The position numbers were made by a program, and so were the translations under genes. The notes under the pieces are model-generated. The model saw nothing but the letters and a program-made list of their open reading frames with translations, had not been told where the DNA came from and did not search any database. This document shows positions 39,088 through 49,824 of a stretch of DNA of 64,000 nt, piece after piece. The stretch spans positions 39,233 through 103,232 of the forward strand of contig JABJMO010000031.1 in assembly GCA_018659375.1 (NCBI GenBank), read 5' to 3'. The first letter of the stretch is position 1. Each line of letters opens with the position of its first letter. The DNA is from Methanobacteriota archaeon (lineage in GTDB: Archaea; Thermoplasmatota; Poseidoniia; Poseidoniales; Poseidoniaceae).

Positions 39088-39873
39088 ATGGATGCAAGCC
39101 TATCAGAAATTGATGCTGTGTTTCTCGACCTTGATGGCACGATTTACCTTGGCGGCCAGCTCATCCCGGGGGCACTGGATTTTCTCAACAGGTGTCAAGC
39201 TAAGGGTATTAAGCGATTTTTTCTATCCAATAATTCTAGTAGGTCAGTAAGCCAATATTTGAAAAAATTAGAGGGGTTTGGAATCCCAGCAACCAAAGAG
39301 GATGTATTACTCTCAACACACGACCTGTTATCTTGGCTGAAAAATGCTAACGTTTCCCAAACTTGGTTGGTTGGGACTGAGGGTATGCGGGAAATGTTAG
39401 AACAAGAAGGTGTTACGACAAATAGTTCAGATCCGCAATATGTCGTGCTTGGATATGACACTGAAATATCCTATGATAAGATAGCTCAAGCAAGTATTTT
39501 CCTTCATGCTGGAATCCCGTTAGTGGCTAGCCATCCAGACATGGTCTGCCCTTCACCCGATGGCGGATTGCCTGATGTTGGTGCTTATCTTGCAATGTTC
39601 AAGGTGACTACTGGAAAAGATCCTGAGCACATTACTGGAAAACCAAATGCGGGTATGATATTACATAAGATTGAGGAATTGGGATTGCAACCAGAACGGT
39701 GTGCAATGGTTGGCGATCGGTTGTATACTGATATTGCGATGGCTAATCGCGCAGGATGTGTTGGCGTTCTCGTACTATCTGGGGAAGCTACAATGGCTGA
39801 TGTAAATCGATTAGAAGAGGGGGCAGAACAACGCCCGCATATTATTGTGAATAGTGTTGCTGAATTGTTGTAA
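39088..39873 (+). CDS. HAD-IIA (NagD-like) hydrolase
   Basis: DLDGTIY, LSNNSS, HPD..CP, GKP, MVGDRLYTDI, VLSGE. AGGTGA SD-like site. Confidence 0.93.
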   Translation: MDASLSEIDAVFLDLDGTIYLGGQLIPGALDFLNRCQAKGIKRFFLSNNSSRSVSQYLKKLEGFGIPATKEDVLLSTHDLLSWLKNANVSQTWLVGTEGMREMLEQEGVTTNSSDPQYVVLGYDTEISYDKIAQASIFLHAGIPLVASHPDMVCPSPDGGLPDVGAYLAMFKVTTGKDPEHITGKPNAGMILHKIEELGLQPERCAMVGDRLYTDIAMANRAGCVGVLVLSGEATMADVNRLEEGAEQRPHIIVNSVAELL

Positions 39874-39882
39874 GGTGTCTTC

Positions 39883-40794
39883 ATGAGTTTTCTAAAGCGC
39901 TTAACATGGTTAATGGAGAGGCGTAAGAAATACCCTCCTGATGACATCCATCGAGCCGGGGACTTAGCTGAAATGCGCTTGGCAAAGCTATCTAGAGCCG
40001 CTGGGCGCGATAATGGTTGGAAAATTTACGAATCTGTTAGGATTCCTGACCCAGATGGAGGTCGGCGAGAAATCGATATGGTTATTATCGGTGGCAATTC
40101 TATACTAATAGTAGAACAAAAACATTGGGCAGGCTCCTTTAGAATTAACAAAGAGCATCATTTTATCCAAAAGCGAAAGAATGGTGATGAACATAGTCAT
40201 GACGGTGTTGCCGATAGAATTGCTAGAAAGGCGAGGTTGCTAGCTGAATTGCACCAACAGAGATTAGGATTAGCCAGCGAAGAAGAACCTGATGTCCGAG
40301 TTATTGTTGCTATGACTCATCACCGTTTAGATTGGCCAAGAATTCCTGAAGATCTTGCCGCAGAAATGGTCAATGAGAAAGGTTTTCTAGACATCATCAA
40401 GGCTGTCAACCCTGGCAAGCCAAATCTTGACTTGATTGAGACTTTAGAGGGATTCAACACGTGGGATGAAGTTCATTTACATGGCGGATTAATGAACAAA
40501 GGTGATGTTTTTGAATTGGGCCTTGGTTCGGATATTGATACCATTTTTGCTCAGAGAGAATGCGAAGTTACAGGAAGTGCAGATCACAAAAGAGGATTGC
40601 TTGCTATATTTGATAAGCAGCCATCAAAGGCGTCGATAAAAATCGGCAAAAAAAATGCTGATGTCACTCTAGCACAAGGTGCTTGCATCAACATGCACGT
40701 GGTTGGGGAGCCAAAGCCAAGAAAAATACCCTGGGCTAGAATCGATAAAATTGTACTCTCAAAACCGCCTGCGGAATGGAATAGAAGTGGGTGA
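39883..40794 (+). CDS. NERD (nuclease-related) domain protein
   Basis: AGDLAE, RIPD...REIDMVII, IVEQKHWAG (PD-(D/E)xK-like). Confidence 0.82.
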   Translation: MSFLKRLTWLMERRKKYPPDDIHRAGDLAEMRLAKLSRAAGRDNGWKIYESVRIPDPDGGRREIDMVIIGGNSILIVEQKHWAGSFRINKEHHFIQKRKNGDEHSHDGVADRIARKARLLAELHQQRLGLASEEEPDVRVIVAMTHHRLDWPRIPEDLAAEMVNEKGFLDIIKAVNPGKPNLDLIETLEGFNTWDEVHLHGGLMNKGDVFELGLGSDIDTIFAQRECEVTGSADHKRGLLAIFDKQPSKASIKIGKKNADVTLAQGACINMHVVGEPKPRKIPWARIDKIVLSKPPAEWNRSG

Positions 40795-40798
40795 TTAA

Positions 40799-41068
40799 AT
40801 GGCCTCTTTGGTAATTGAAGCGATTGGTGTTGCGGCCGGCATTATTGGGGTTTTGGCCTGGGGCCCGCAGATAATCGAGGTATGGAAACATGAACGGCAC
40901 GAGGGGATCTCATTACCGACATTCATGATTGTTGCATTATCCCTCTCTTTATGGTTAATTTATGGGATTGCAATATCTTCCAAAGCAATGATTTTCTCGA
41001 ATATATTGACATTATCAGTAATAGGATTGGTGATAATTGGAGTTATTCGGATTAGAAGAAGACTTTGA
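40799..41068 (+). CDS. SemiSWEET / PQ-loop transporter
   Basis: 89 aa, 3 TM. AWGPQII, GIS, LWLIYG, MIFSN. Confidence 0.88.
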   Translation: MASLVIEAIGVAAGIIGVLAWGPQIIEVWKHERHEGISLPTFMIVALSLSLWLIYGIAISSKAMIFSNILTLSVIGLVIIGVIRIRRRL

Positions 41069-41148
41069 TGCTAGGCAATTTTTTCGTGAAGTTGATATAT
41101 GTGTACTCTTTGGCCACTATGTAACCGATGGTTAAGTAGTGTGGAATT

Positions 41149-41844
41149 ATGAGTGCCGCTGATGACTGGGAAGAGCAGATGATAGACCGGATGGTTGAAA
41201 TGTTCAAAAATATGGGGATGTCCTTGAGTAAACAGCAAATTAAAGCCTTAATGAGCCAATTTAAGTCGCAGTTTGATAAAATGGGCCTAGATGCTGGAAA
41301 TATGGCAAAGGGTGATGTGAATTTCAATTTTGATTTGTCTAATTTGACAAAAATGTTTCAATCTGGACAGTCTATGGAAGATATCCTTGGCAACCTAGGG
41401 ATGGATATACAGGTTGATGCCGCTCCTGTGGAAGTTGAGACGCCCGAAATCAAAGACGATGGTGATGAGATCCTAGAATTACCCAGTGATGATTTCTATC
41501 TAGATGGGTGGAATATGTCTATTATCGTCGACCTTAGTCTAAAGGCCAAGATTCCATCTAACGATATGCAGTTGGCCATGAACCTCTCAAAAGGAGGTTC
41601 GATGTTGGAAATCGTACAAGAGACTGAAGACTCCTTCGTAACCATGGCTCGCATCAAGTTGCCACATCCTTGTGAAGATGTTATTGGCTGGTCGATGAAT
41701 AACGGTATATTAGATCTCACTATGAAATTAATCCCCCAGGGCTCAGCCCTTGATGGTGATGATGAAGTCCCATCTGCTGATATTAGCATAGATCTCAGTG
41801 ACAAAGATGATGATGAAGATGACGGTGGAATTCCAATATTTTGA
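41149..41844 (+). CDS. Acidic protein with a small heat-shock (alpha-crystallin-like) C-terminal domain
   Basis: Met/Phe-rich N-terminus. ARIKLP...SMNNGILDLTM resembles the sHSP RxIxLP / NGvLxI motifs. Lies directly upstream of dnaK. Confidence 0.6.
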   Translation: MSAADDWEEQMIDRMVEMFKNMGMSLSKQQIKALMSQFKSQFDKMGLDAGNMAKGDVNFNFDLSNLTKMFQSGQSMEDILGNLGMDIQVDAAPVEVETPEIKDDGDEILELPSDDFYLDGWNMSIIVDLSLKAKIPSNDMQLAMNLSKGGSMLEIVQETEDSFVTMARIKLPHPCEDVIGWSMNNGILDLTMKLIPQGSALDGDDEVPSADISIDLSDKDDDEDDGGIPIF

Positions 41845-41859
41845 AATGGATGTGTAAAA

Positions 41860-43746
41860 ATGAGTAAAGTAATAGGTATAGATTTAGGAACAACAAACAG
41901 CTGTGTAGCAACGATTGAAAATGGTGAACCGGTGGTGATTGCCAATGCAGAAGGGGCCAGGACGACACCTTCGGTTGTTGCCTTCGCTAAAGATGGCGGT
42001 GAGCGTTTAATCGGCGTCACTGCAAAGCGACAAGCCGTAACTAACGCACAACGAACACTATTGTCTGTAAAACGGCACATGGGTACTGATTGGAATACAA
42101 AAATAGATGATAAAGACTACACCCCTCAAGAAATTTCAGCATTTATTCTACAAAAGCTGAAGGCGGATGCTGAAGCATACTTAGGTGCAGAAGTGAAACA
42201 AGCAGTAATTACGTGCCCTGCTTACTTCACTGACGCTCAAAGGACTGCAACAAAGGATGCGGGGAGGATCGCTGGCTTAGATGTGTTAAGGATTATCAAC
42301 GAACCTACTGCTGCTGCGCTAGCATATGGAGTGGATAAGGGAGATGACCAAACCATCCTTGTATACGACCTTGGTGGCGGTACATTCGATGTTTCGGTGT
42401 TAGAAATCTACCAAGTCGATGGTCAGCCACAGATAGAGGTAAAGGCTACTGCAGGTAATAACAAATTAGGCGGAGATGATTTCGATGACCAAGTTATTGA
42501 TTGGCTAGTGAAAGAATTCAAGAAAGATACTGGTATTGACTTGTCTAAGGATTTGACAGCGATGTCTAGGCTAAAAGAAGCTGCGGAAAAGGCAAAAATC
42601 GAATTATCTGGGACTCAGCAAACTCAAATCAATCTACCATTCATCACAATGGTTGATGGTCAACCAGAGCATTTGGATATTACCCTTACCAGGGCTAAAT
42701 TCGAGAGTTTGATTGCTAAACTGATCGAGAACACAATGAAGCCTACTAGGCAAGCAATGAAGGATTCTGGCGTCAAGAAAGGCGATGTTGACAAGGTGAT
42801 TCTAGTCGGTGGCTCAACCAGAGTCCCAGCTGTCCAAGAAGCTGTAGAAAAAGAAGCGGGTAAAGCACCTTACAAGGGAATTAATCCAGATGAAGCCGTT
42901 GCTATGGGTGCGGCTTTACAAGCTGGAATCATTTCTGGTGATGAAGGAGTATCTGACATATTGCTGCTCGATGTTACTCCGCTAACTTTGGGTATTGAAA
43001 CTCTTGGCGGTGTTATGACGACAATGATTGAAAGAAATACCACGATTCCTGCTAGAAGGTCTGAGATATACTCTACGGCGACTGATAATCAACCAGCGGT
43101 AACAATACACGTTCTTCAGGGTGAAAGAGACTTTGCTAAAGATAATGTAACTCTAGGTGAATTCACTTTGATGGGAATACCAGCCGCCCCCCGTGGCGTA
43201 CCTCAAATTGAAGTTACCTTCGATATTGATGCTAATGGAATTGTTAATGTCAGCGCCAAAGATATGGGTACCGGAAAAGAGCAATCGGTTAAGATTGAGG
43301 CTCAGACTTCTCTATCAGAAGATGAAATACAATCTAAGATTGAGGAAGCCGAAAATTTTGCTGAAGAAGACAAGCAAAGAAAAGCCAAGGTAGAATTGCG
43401 AAATATGGCTGATCAAGTTCTATACCAAACAAGGAGAACCATCGACGAGGCTGGAGATAAGCTTGAGGAAGATGATGTTGTACCAGTTAAATCACATCTA
43501 GACGAGCTAGAAAAGTTGGTTCAAGATGACGATGGAAAGCCTTTGGAAATAGATGATGTTGATGATGCGGCAATTCAAGCCAAAGTTAAGGAAATCGAAG
43601 AGGCTATGCATGCGGTATCGACGAAATTGTATGAGGCTGCATCTGCAGAAATGTCTGAACAAGACGGGTCTTCAGAAGATGGTGACATCAGTGTTGACGG
43701 TGATGATGTTGTCGATGCTGACTTTGAAGTCGTCGACGAAGATTGA
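41860..43746 (+). CDS. dnaK: Molecular chaperone DnaK (Hsp70)
   Basis: [85 protein letters not shown]. Confidence 0.99.
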   Translation: MSKVIGIDLGTTNSCVATIENGEPVVIANAEGARTTPSVVAFAKDGGERLIGVTAKRQAVTNAQRTLLSVKRHMGTDWNTKIDDKDYTPQEISAFILQKLKADAEAYLGAEVKQAVITCPAYFTDAQRTATKDAGRIAGLDVLRIINEPTAAALAYGVDKGDDQTILVYDLGGGTFDVSVLEIYQVDGQPQIEVKATAGNNKLGGDDFDDQVIDWLVKEFKKDTGIDLSKDLTAMSRLKEAAEKAKIELSGTQQTQINLPFITMVDGQPEHLDITLTRAKFESLIAKLIENTMKPTRQAMKDSGVKKGDVDKVILVGGSTRVPAVQEAVEKEAGKAPYKGINPDEAVAMGAALQAGIISGDEGVSDILLLDVTPLTLGIETLGGVMTTMIERNTTIPARRSEIYSTATDNQPAVTIHVLQGERDFAKDNVTLGEFTLMGIPAAPRGVPQIEVTFDIDANGIVNVSAKDMGTGKEQSVKIEAQTSLSEDEIQSKIEEAENFAEEDKQRKAKVELRNMADQVLYQTRRTIDEAGDKLEEDDVVPVKSHLDELEKLVQDDDGKPLEIDDVDDAAIQAKVKEIEEAMHAVSTKLYEAASAEMSEQDGSSEDGDISVDGDDVVDADFEVVDED

Positions 43747-43781
43747 GTCGCGCTTATTTCATAGAGGTGTGTGGCCCAACC

Positions 43782-45356
43782 ATGAGCGAGGCGCCGATTC
43801 TAAGAGATACGGCACGTTCAAAGGGCCGCGATGCATTACAAAAAAACATTCAAGCGGCTCTTGCACTTGCTGAAGCAATTCGCTCAACTTTAGGACCAAA
43901 AGGATTGGATAAATTATTGATTGATGACGAAGGCCGGACCTTGGTAACTAATGATGGAGTCACTGTTTTAGAGACTGCCAAGGTTGAACATCCGGTTGCT
44001 AAAATGATGATTAGTGCGTCCTCTGCGCAAGACAGAGTCGCAAAAGACGGTACCACTAGTACAGTTATACTAGCGGCGGAAATGTTGCAAAATGCCTGGC
44101 AATTAATCCTCCAAGGCATTCATCCATCAACTATAGCCAGAGGTTTTAGAAAATCTGAACAGTTTGTTTTAAACAGTCTTGAAGAGATATCTCTACAAGC
44201 TAACGAGGATATGCAAAAAACGGTGGTAGAGACATCACTAGCTGGGAAGGGCCACAGTTCAATGCAAGAAACGATTGCCGATATTTCCCTTCGAGCGGTT
44301 AAGATGATTGTTGATGGCGAAAGCATCGACCCCACTAAAATAAAATTGATTTCACAAACAGGTGGACCGGTAGAAGAATCTAGTTTAGTTCAAGGTTTAA
44401 TGTTACCAAAAAAGCGTATTGATTCTGAAATGCCAAAAGAGATTTCTGAAGGTAAAATCTTGCTAATCGACGGCGGACTAGAGAAGAGAGGTGTCAAAGG
44501 TGATTTGAAATTAAATGTCACAGACACAGGTGTTTTAGAATCCTTTAGGCAGCAAGAGCGGGTGTTGTTAAAATCACAAGTCGACAAGTTAGTCGAGTAT
44601 GGAGTTGATGTATTGGCATGTAAAGAAGGCATCGATGATGATATTCGTGACTATCTTGTTAAAAATAATATTCAGGCCTTTCGGCGAGTGTCAAGAAATG
44701 ATTTAAACATGCTTTCTAGGGCTTGTAGTGCAATACTAGTTAATTCAATAAGCACTAGTAGAGTTAATGACTTAGGTGAATTTAAATCAAGTAAAAATAT
44801 CTCCCTAGATGGGAAAGATTTCTGGGTAGTAGAAGCCGTTGGTAAGGCTGCTACAATTATCGCTAAAGGTAGTACTGTTGACATCATTGGTGAAGTTGAG
44901 CGATGTTTCGATGACTCGCTTGGAGTGTCTGTACAATTAATTGAAGATGGTGAAATCGTCTGTGGTGGGGGAGCATCTTATGTCGCTCTTGCCCGCAAAC
45001 TAAGGCGGTTTGCGGAAACTATGCCTGGAAGAGAGCAATTAGCAGTTGAGGCATATGCTGATGCGATAGAAGTTATTATTCGGGTTTTAGCGGAAAACGC
45101 CGGTATCGACCCTATTTCTTCGTTGATTGATGTTGTGGCCGAGCAAACTAATCTCCATTCAGATCATATTGGGATAAATTTGACAACAGGAAAGCCCGCT
45201 GATATGTTGGAATTGGGGGTTCTTGAACCAAAAGGCATCATTAAACAAGCCCTCATTGGTGCTACTGAAGTGTCAATATCGATTCTCCGTATCGATGATG
45301 TTTTGTGGGCCAAACAAGATATCGAAGCACCAGTCCCGCCTCAATCTGATATGTGA
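43782..45356 (+). CDS. Group II chaperonin (thermosome subunit), divergent
   Basis: RSTLGPKGLDK, TNDGVTVL, EHPVAK, KDGTTS (GDGTTT variant), VCGGGA, GREQLAVEAYADA, LAENAG, ILRIDD. Confidence 0.93.
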   Translation: MSEAPILRDTARSKGRDALQKNIQAALALAEAIRSTLGPKGLDKLLIDDEGRTLVTNDGVTVLETAKVEHPVAKMMISASSAQDRVAKDGTTSTVILAAEMLQNAWQLILQGIHPSTIARGFRKSEQFVLNSLEEISLQANEDMQKTVVETSLAGKGHSSMQETIADISLRAVKMIVDGESIDPTKIKLISQTGGPVEESSLVQGLMLPKKRIDSEMPKEISEGKILLIDGGLEKRGVKGDLKLNVTDTGVLESFRQQERVLLKSQVDKLVEYGVDVLACKEGIDDDIRDYLVKNNIQAFRRVSRNDLNMLSRACSAILVNSISTSRVNDLGEFKSSKNISLDGKDFWVVEAVGKAATIIAKGSTVDIIGEVERCFDDSLGVSVQLIEDGEIVCGGGASYVALARKLRRFAETMPGREQLAVEAYADAIEVIIRVLAENAGIDPISSLIDVVAEQTNLHSDHIGINLTTGKPADMLELGVLEPKGIIKQALIGATEVSISILRIDDVLWAKQDIEAPVPPQSDM

Positions 45357-45424
45357 GGAAACCCATGTGGTGTCTATCATAACCGGACAGATGTTCAAAT
45401 ACTCGAAAAAATGAAGATGTCTTT

Positions 45425-46996
45425 ATGGGCATTGATGATTCTATTTGTGTTGGTATTGATGATATTGCTATTCACTTCCCTAGATTGTATATGGATATGA
45501 AGGATTTTGCCGAACTTAGAGGACAGGATTATGCTAAATTGAATAAGGGTCTTGGACTCAAAGCGATGTCTATTCCAGACTTTCATGAAGATACGGCGAC
45601 AATGGGTGCCAACGCAGTTATGAAACTCATCGATAGGAATGGTTTGAATCCGCGTAACATTGGGCGTATGTACCTTGGAACTGAATCTGCGCTAGACGGT
45701 GCAAAGCCAACTGCGACCTATATCGTAGATATGTTAACCCAAAGATATTCTGAAAGATATGGCGAGGACTGCTTTCGTAATTGCGATGTTGTCGATATGA
45801 CGTTTGCTTGTATAGGGGCTGTGGATGCTATGCACACTACGTTAGATTGGGTTGCCAGGTCAAATAATGAAGATGAGAGATTGGGGATCGTGATATTTTC
45901 TGATAATGCAAAATATGCTCTTGAATCTGCGGGAGAATATACTCAAGGCGCTGGTGGTGGTGCTTTATTGATTAGAAGAAACCCCCGCTTGTTAGAAATT
46001 CCAGATTGTATTGGTGTCTCAACGACCCCTGTTCACGACTTTTTCAAGCCACGTAGAGAGGTTTCTGTTAAATCAATTATTTCCAATGTAATGACATTGG
46101 CACAAGAGGCTGGACAATCAATCAAGAAAGGGCTTGTTGAAAGGATGATTCGTCACCTACCTGCCTCGACGGTGAGGAAGTTAGGCATTTTTGCTCATGG
46201 TGAAGAAAAGGTCAGTGTGCACAGAGATGATCCAGTGTTTGACGGCCAATTTTCTAACAGATGTTATCAAAGTGCGGTCAGACAAGCCTTCCATAACTTT
46301 AGACAAAAGGCTGAACGTGCGGGTAGATACAATCCCGAAACTGATGAGCGATTCACTGAACAATGGAGTCGTATTATCATGCACCTTCCGTATGCATATC
46401 AAGCAAAAAGGATGTTTCCGGATGTATTTAGGCATGATAGAGAGGATACTGATTTTTGGAAGGATGTCGCAGAACACCTTGGACCAGCCCCAGAACCTCA
46501 CAACTCAGATGACCCCATTATAATCGAAATTTGGGAGAAAGCTATGGATGGATATCGTAGGGCTATTTCTAAAACCCCGCAATATTTAGATTTCCACGCC
46601 AGTAGAATAGAAAAAGGTCAGCGCGCTAGTAGTTTGATTGGAAATCAATATACTGGATCTATTTTCCTAGCACTGATGTCGTCATTCGAATCTGACTTAG
46701 AAGAAAATGATAATCTAGACAATGAACTACTTGGTTTGTGTGGGTATGGATCTGGTGCAAAGGCAAAGGTGTTTGAAGGCAAGGTCTCACCAAGGTGGCG
46801 AGAAGTTGTCTCTAGATGGAGTTTGTTTGAGCGCCTAGCTGGAAGAGTTGCTATTGACCATGTCACCTACGAAAACCTGCACAAAGGTCTGCAGAGTGGT
46901 AGTGTAGTAGAACCTGAAGGGGAGTTTGCCCTAGTAGAAATTACCGAATCTGGGGTGCAAGAAGGTGCTCGGAGATACAAATGGATTGGCGCTTAA
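45425..46996 (+). CDS. Hydroxymethylglutaryl-CoA synthase (bacterial-type, with insertions)
   Basis: VGIDDI, EDTATMGANA, GTESALD..KP, FACIGA (catalytic Cys), EYTQGAG, DFFKP, PVFDG, HLPY, GNQYTGS, GYGSGA. Confidence 0.92.
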   Translation: MGIDDSICVGIDDIAIHFPRLYMDMKDFAELRGQDYAKLNKGLGLKAMSIPDFHEDTATMGANAVMKLIDRNGLNPRNIGRMYLGTESALDGAKPTATYIVDMLTQRYSERYGEDCFRNCDVVDMTFACIGAVDAMHTTLDWVARSNNEDERLGIVIFSDNAKYALESAGEYTQGAGGGALLIRRNPRLLEIPDCIGVSTTPVHDFFKPRREVSVKSIISNVMTLAQEAGQSIKKGLVERMIRHLPASTVRKLGIFAHGEEKVSVHRDDPVFDGQFSNRCYQSAVRQAFHNFRQKAERAGRYNPETDERFTEQWSRIIMHLPYAYQAKRMFPDVFRHDREDTDFWKDVAEHLGPAPEPHNSDDPIIIEIWEKAMDGYRRAISKTPQYLDFHASRIEKGQRASSLIGNQYTGSIFLALMSSFESDLEENDNLDNELLGLCGYGSGAKAKVFEGKVSPRWREVVSRWSLFERLAGRVAIDHVTYENLHKGLQSGSVVEPEGEFALVEITESGVQEGARRYKWIGA

Positions 46997-48045
46997 AAAT
47001 CTAATACGACCTTTCCGCAGTCACCACTAATTGCTAAATCCATGGCCGAGTTAAACTCTTCATAAGGCATACGATGGGTAACCAATGTTTCAATATCAAT
47101 TTTACCCGCACTAAGTAGTTCGTGCATTTTATCCCATGTTGACCACATCTTACGACCATTTATTCCTTTTAGGTGAAGGTATCTGAATACAATCTCATTC
47201 ATTGGCACCTGGGTTGTTTCAGTACCATATACGGACAAGATATTGACATAACCGCCCATTCTTGTAGAGTGGATGGTATTTGTTAATGCGCTTGGAGCCC
47301 CTGAAAACTCGCATGAGTTGTCTACTCCTTTGCCGTTGGTGTGAGCCAAAATTGTCTCCACTATATCGTCGTCTTTACCAATAACTAGATCTGCTCCTAG
47401 CTTCTTTGCCAATTTCATTCTTGACTTGTTATCCCAATCGATGGCAATTATCTTCTTTGCGCCCATTGCTTTGGCAGCATTTACGGCAAATAGCCCGATT
47501 GGTCCAAGTCCGTGTATAGCAACTGTTGAGTCTTTCACCGGGCCCCCTGTTAGGGTGTGGATTGCGTTACCCAGTGGGTCTTGAATAGATGCTAGTTCAA
47601 GTGGAATATTATCTGGTACATGTCTAGCATTAATTGCTTGGACTGAGAAATATGGGGCAAAGGCTCCGTCTGAATGTACTCCAAATATCTCGCCGTTTTC
47701 ACAAATATGGGCATTTCCTTCGGCGCATCTATCACAATTCCAACATGCAAGATGGCACTCTACTGCGATTTTATCACCTATTTTGTGAGTGTTAACATCC
47801 TTGCCTATTGCAACGACTGTTCCACATGTTTCATGGCCGGTTATAGTGCCAGTCGGGACGTTTTCTGCAGCCCAATGATCCCACTTCCAAATGTGGATGT
47901 CGGTGCCACATATTGATGTTGAATGTGTTTTCACTAACACCGCATCATCTGCGCAATTTGGTAAAGGTGTTTCAACGAGATTAAAACCCCCTTTTTCCGG
48001 CTTGGTTTTTTTCCAAGCCATCATTGTAGTTGGTAAATTCTCCAT
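46993..48045 (-). CDS. tdh: L-threonine 3-dehydrogenase (Zn-dependent MDR)
   Basis: SICGTDIHIWKWD.WA, GHE, structural-Zn Cys cluster, DPLGNAIHT, GLGPIG, GINGRKMWSTW, GKVVL. Confidence 0.88.
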   Translation of the reverse strand: MENLPTTMMAWKKTKPEKGGFNLVETPLPNCADDAVLVKTHSTSICGTDIHIWKWDHWAAENVPTGTITGHETCGTVVAIGKDVNTHKIGDKIAVECHLACWNCDRCAEGNAHICENGEIFGVHSDGAFAPYFSVQAINARHVPDNIPLELASIQDPLGNAIHTLTGGPVKDSTVAIHGLGPIGLFAVNAAKAMGAKKIIAIDWDNKSRMKLAKKLGADLVIGKDDDIVETILAHTNGKGVDNSCEFSGAPSALTNTIHSTRMGGYVNILSVYGTETTQVPMNEIVFRYLHLKGINGRKMWSTWDKMHELLSAGKIDIETLVTHRMPYEEFNSAMDLAISGDCGKVVLDF

Positions 48046-48183
48046 GTTGCTCACTTACCTGTCGGTGAAGGCACCCTTTGATAATTCTCTATAAAAGTTA
48101 ACATAATTATGAGGAAATAATTTTCCGTTTCTCGGATATGTTGATTAAGGGGTCATCGGTGGTAAAAAACCCGTTGGTGTGTC

Positions 48184-49824
48184 ATGAAGTACGTTGTTGT
48201 CAGCGGAGGAGTCCTTTCTGGACTTGGGAAAGGGGTCACTGCTAGCAGTATTGGGGTCTTGATGAAAAGTGCTGGCCTTAGAGTCACCTCAATAAAAATT
48301 GACCCTTACTTGAATAGTGATGCTGGAACTATGTCACCATTTGAACATGGTGAGGTTTTCGTTCTCGATGACGGTGGAGAAGTCGATCTTGACCTAGGGA
48401 ACTATGAGCGATTTCTTGACATAAATTTAGGTAAGGATAACAATTTAACAACTGGTAAAGTTTACTCAAAAGTAATTGAAGCTGAAAGAAGAGGGGATTA
48501 CCTTGGTAAAACAGTTCAAGTTATCCCCCACATAACGAATGAAATTCAAGACTGGATTGAGCGTGTTGCACACATTCCAGCCGATGGTAAGAAGGACGCC
48601 CCTGATGCTTGTATAATCGAGTTAGGAGGTACTGTGGGAGATATTGAATCAGCACCATATATCGAAGCGCTTAGGCAATTTCAGTTTCGCGTCGGGCGAA
48701 ATAATGTTACCTTCGTTCACGTTTCTTTAGTCCCAGTAATGGGCCCTGTCGGTGAACAAAAAACCAAACCAACACAACACTCTGTTAAGGAATTGCGCGG
48801 TCTAGGAATCACCCCTGATATCCTAGTTTGTCGCTCGACAAAGCCGATGACAGAAGAGACGAAAGAAAAGTTGGCTGCATTCTGTCATGTTGCACCTGAA
48901 GCTGTTATGTCGACACACGATGTACCTAACATTTACCATGTTCCATTGATGTTAGAGAAGCAAGGATTGTGCAAGATTCTAGATATTGATTGTAGTGATT
49001 CAACTCTATTATCTGATTGGAAAACCATGGCCCATGATTTAGATTTACTTAGTGAAGATGTTTCCATTGCGATGGTGGGCAAATATACTGATCTGTCTGA
49101 CGCATACTTATCAGTAATCAAAAGTTTACAGCATGCAGCAATGAAAGTCAAACGCCGGTTAACTATTAATTGGATTGAGGCAAGCCATTTAGAAACAAGT
49201 TGGAAGAAAGACAATTCTCAAGAACATGATGATGCTTGGAAATTATTACGAAACTCAAATGGAGTTTTAGTGCCAGGAGGATTTGGTGACAGAGGTATTG
49301 AAGGCAAGATTATAGCCGCTCAATATGCTCGGGAAAATAACATTCCATATCTCGGAATTTGCCTTGGGTTGCAAGTAGCGACCATTGAATTCTGCCGTAA
49401 CGTGCTTGGTATTTCGGGGGCAAATTCAACAGAATTTGATGATAATCCTGAGTTCCCCGCGGTAATCTTCATGCCGGAGATTTCCAAAACTCATTTGGGT
49501 GGAACTATGAGGTTGGGTAGCAGACCAACAATATGGCAAATTGATGATTGTAAGATTAAGCGACTATACGGTGATGGTGAATCTGTTGATGAACGACATA
49601 GACACAGGTATGAAGTGAATCCGGACTTAATCCAACAAATAGAAGAGGCTGGTTTGATGTTTGTTGGCAAAGATGAAACCGGGCAGCGATGTGAAATTTT
49701 TGAATTGGCAGGTCATCCATATTATGTTGGAGTACAATATCATCCTGAGTTTAAATCAAGACCGGGAAGACCCAGCCCCCCGTTCCTTGGCTTGTTAATG
49801 GCTGCTGCTGATATGAAAATATAA
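48184..49824 (+). CDS. pyrG: CTP synthase
   Basis: [75 protein letters not shown]. Confidence 0.99.
   Translation: MKYVVVSGGVLSGLGKGVTASSIGVLMKSAGLRVTSIKIDPYLNSDAGTMSPFEHGEVFVLDDGGEVDLDLGNYERFLDINLGKDNNLTTGKVYSKVIEAERRGDYLGKTVQVIPHITNEIQDWIERVAHIPADGKKDAPDACIIELGGTVGDIESAPYIEALRQFQFRVGRNNVTFVHVSLVPVMGPVGEQKTKPTQHSVKELRGLGITPDILVCRSTKPMTEETKEKLAAFCHVAPEAVMSTHDVPNIYHVPLMLEKQGLCKILDIDCSDSTLLSDWKTMAHDLDLLSEDVSIAMVGKYTDLSDAYLSVIKSLQHAAMKVKRRLTINWIEASHLETSWKKDNSQEHDDAWKLLRNSNGVLVPGGFGDRGIEGKIIAAQYARENNIPYLGICLGLQVATIEFCRNVLGISGANSTEFDDNPEFPAVIFMPEISKTHLGGTMRLGSRPTIWQIDDCKIKRLYGDGESVDERHRHRYEVNPDLIQQIEEAGLMFVGKDETGQRCEIFELAGHPYYVGVQYHPEFKSRPGRPSPPFLGLLMAAADMKI

Noticed and set aside
39883..40794. 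NERD nuclease as a possible anti-phage defence system
   Set aside because: No helicase, kinase, methylase or other defence genes nearby; it is embedded in a housekeeping-like operon.
41496..42080. 194-aa antisense ORF over the dnaK 5' region, and the many other 60-150 aa shadow ORFs in the track
   Set aside because: They lie antisense or out of frame to well-supported genes and lack motifs. Long antisense ORFs opposite hsp70 genes are a known codon-bias effect.
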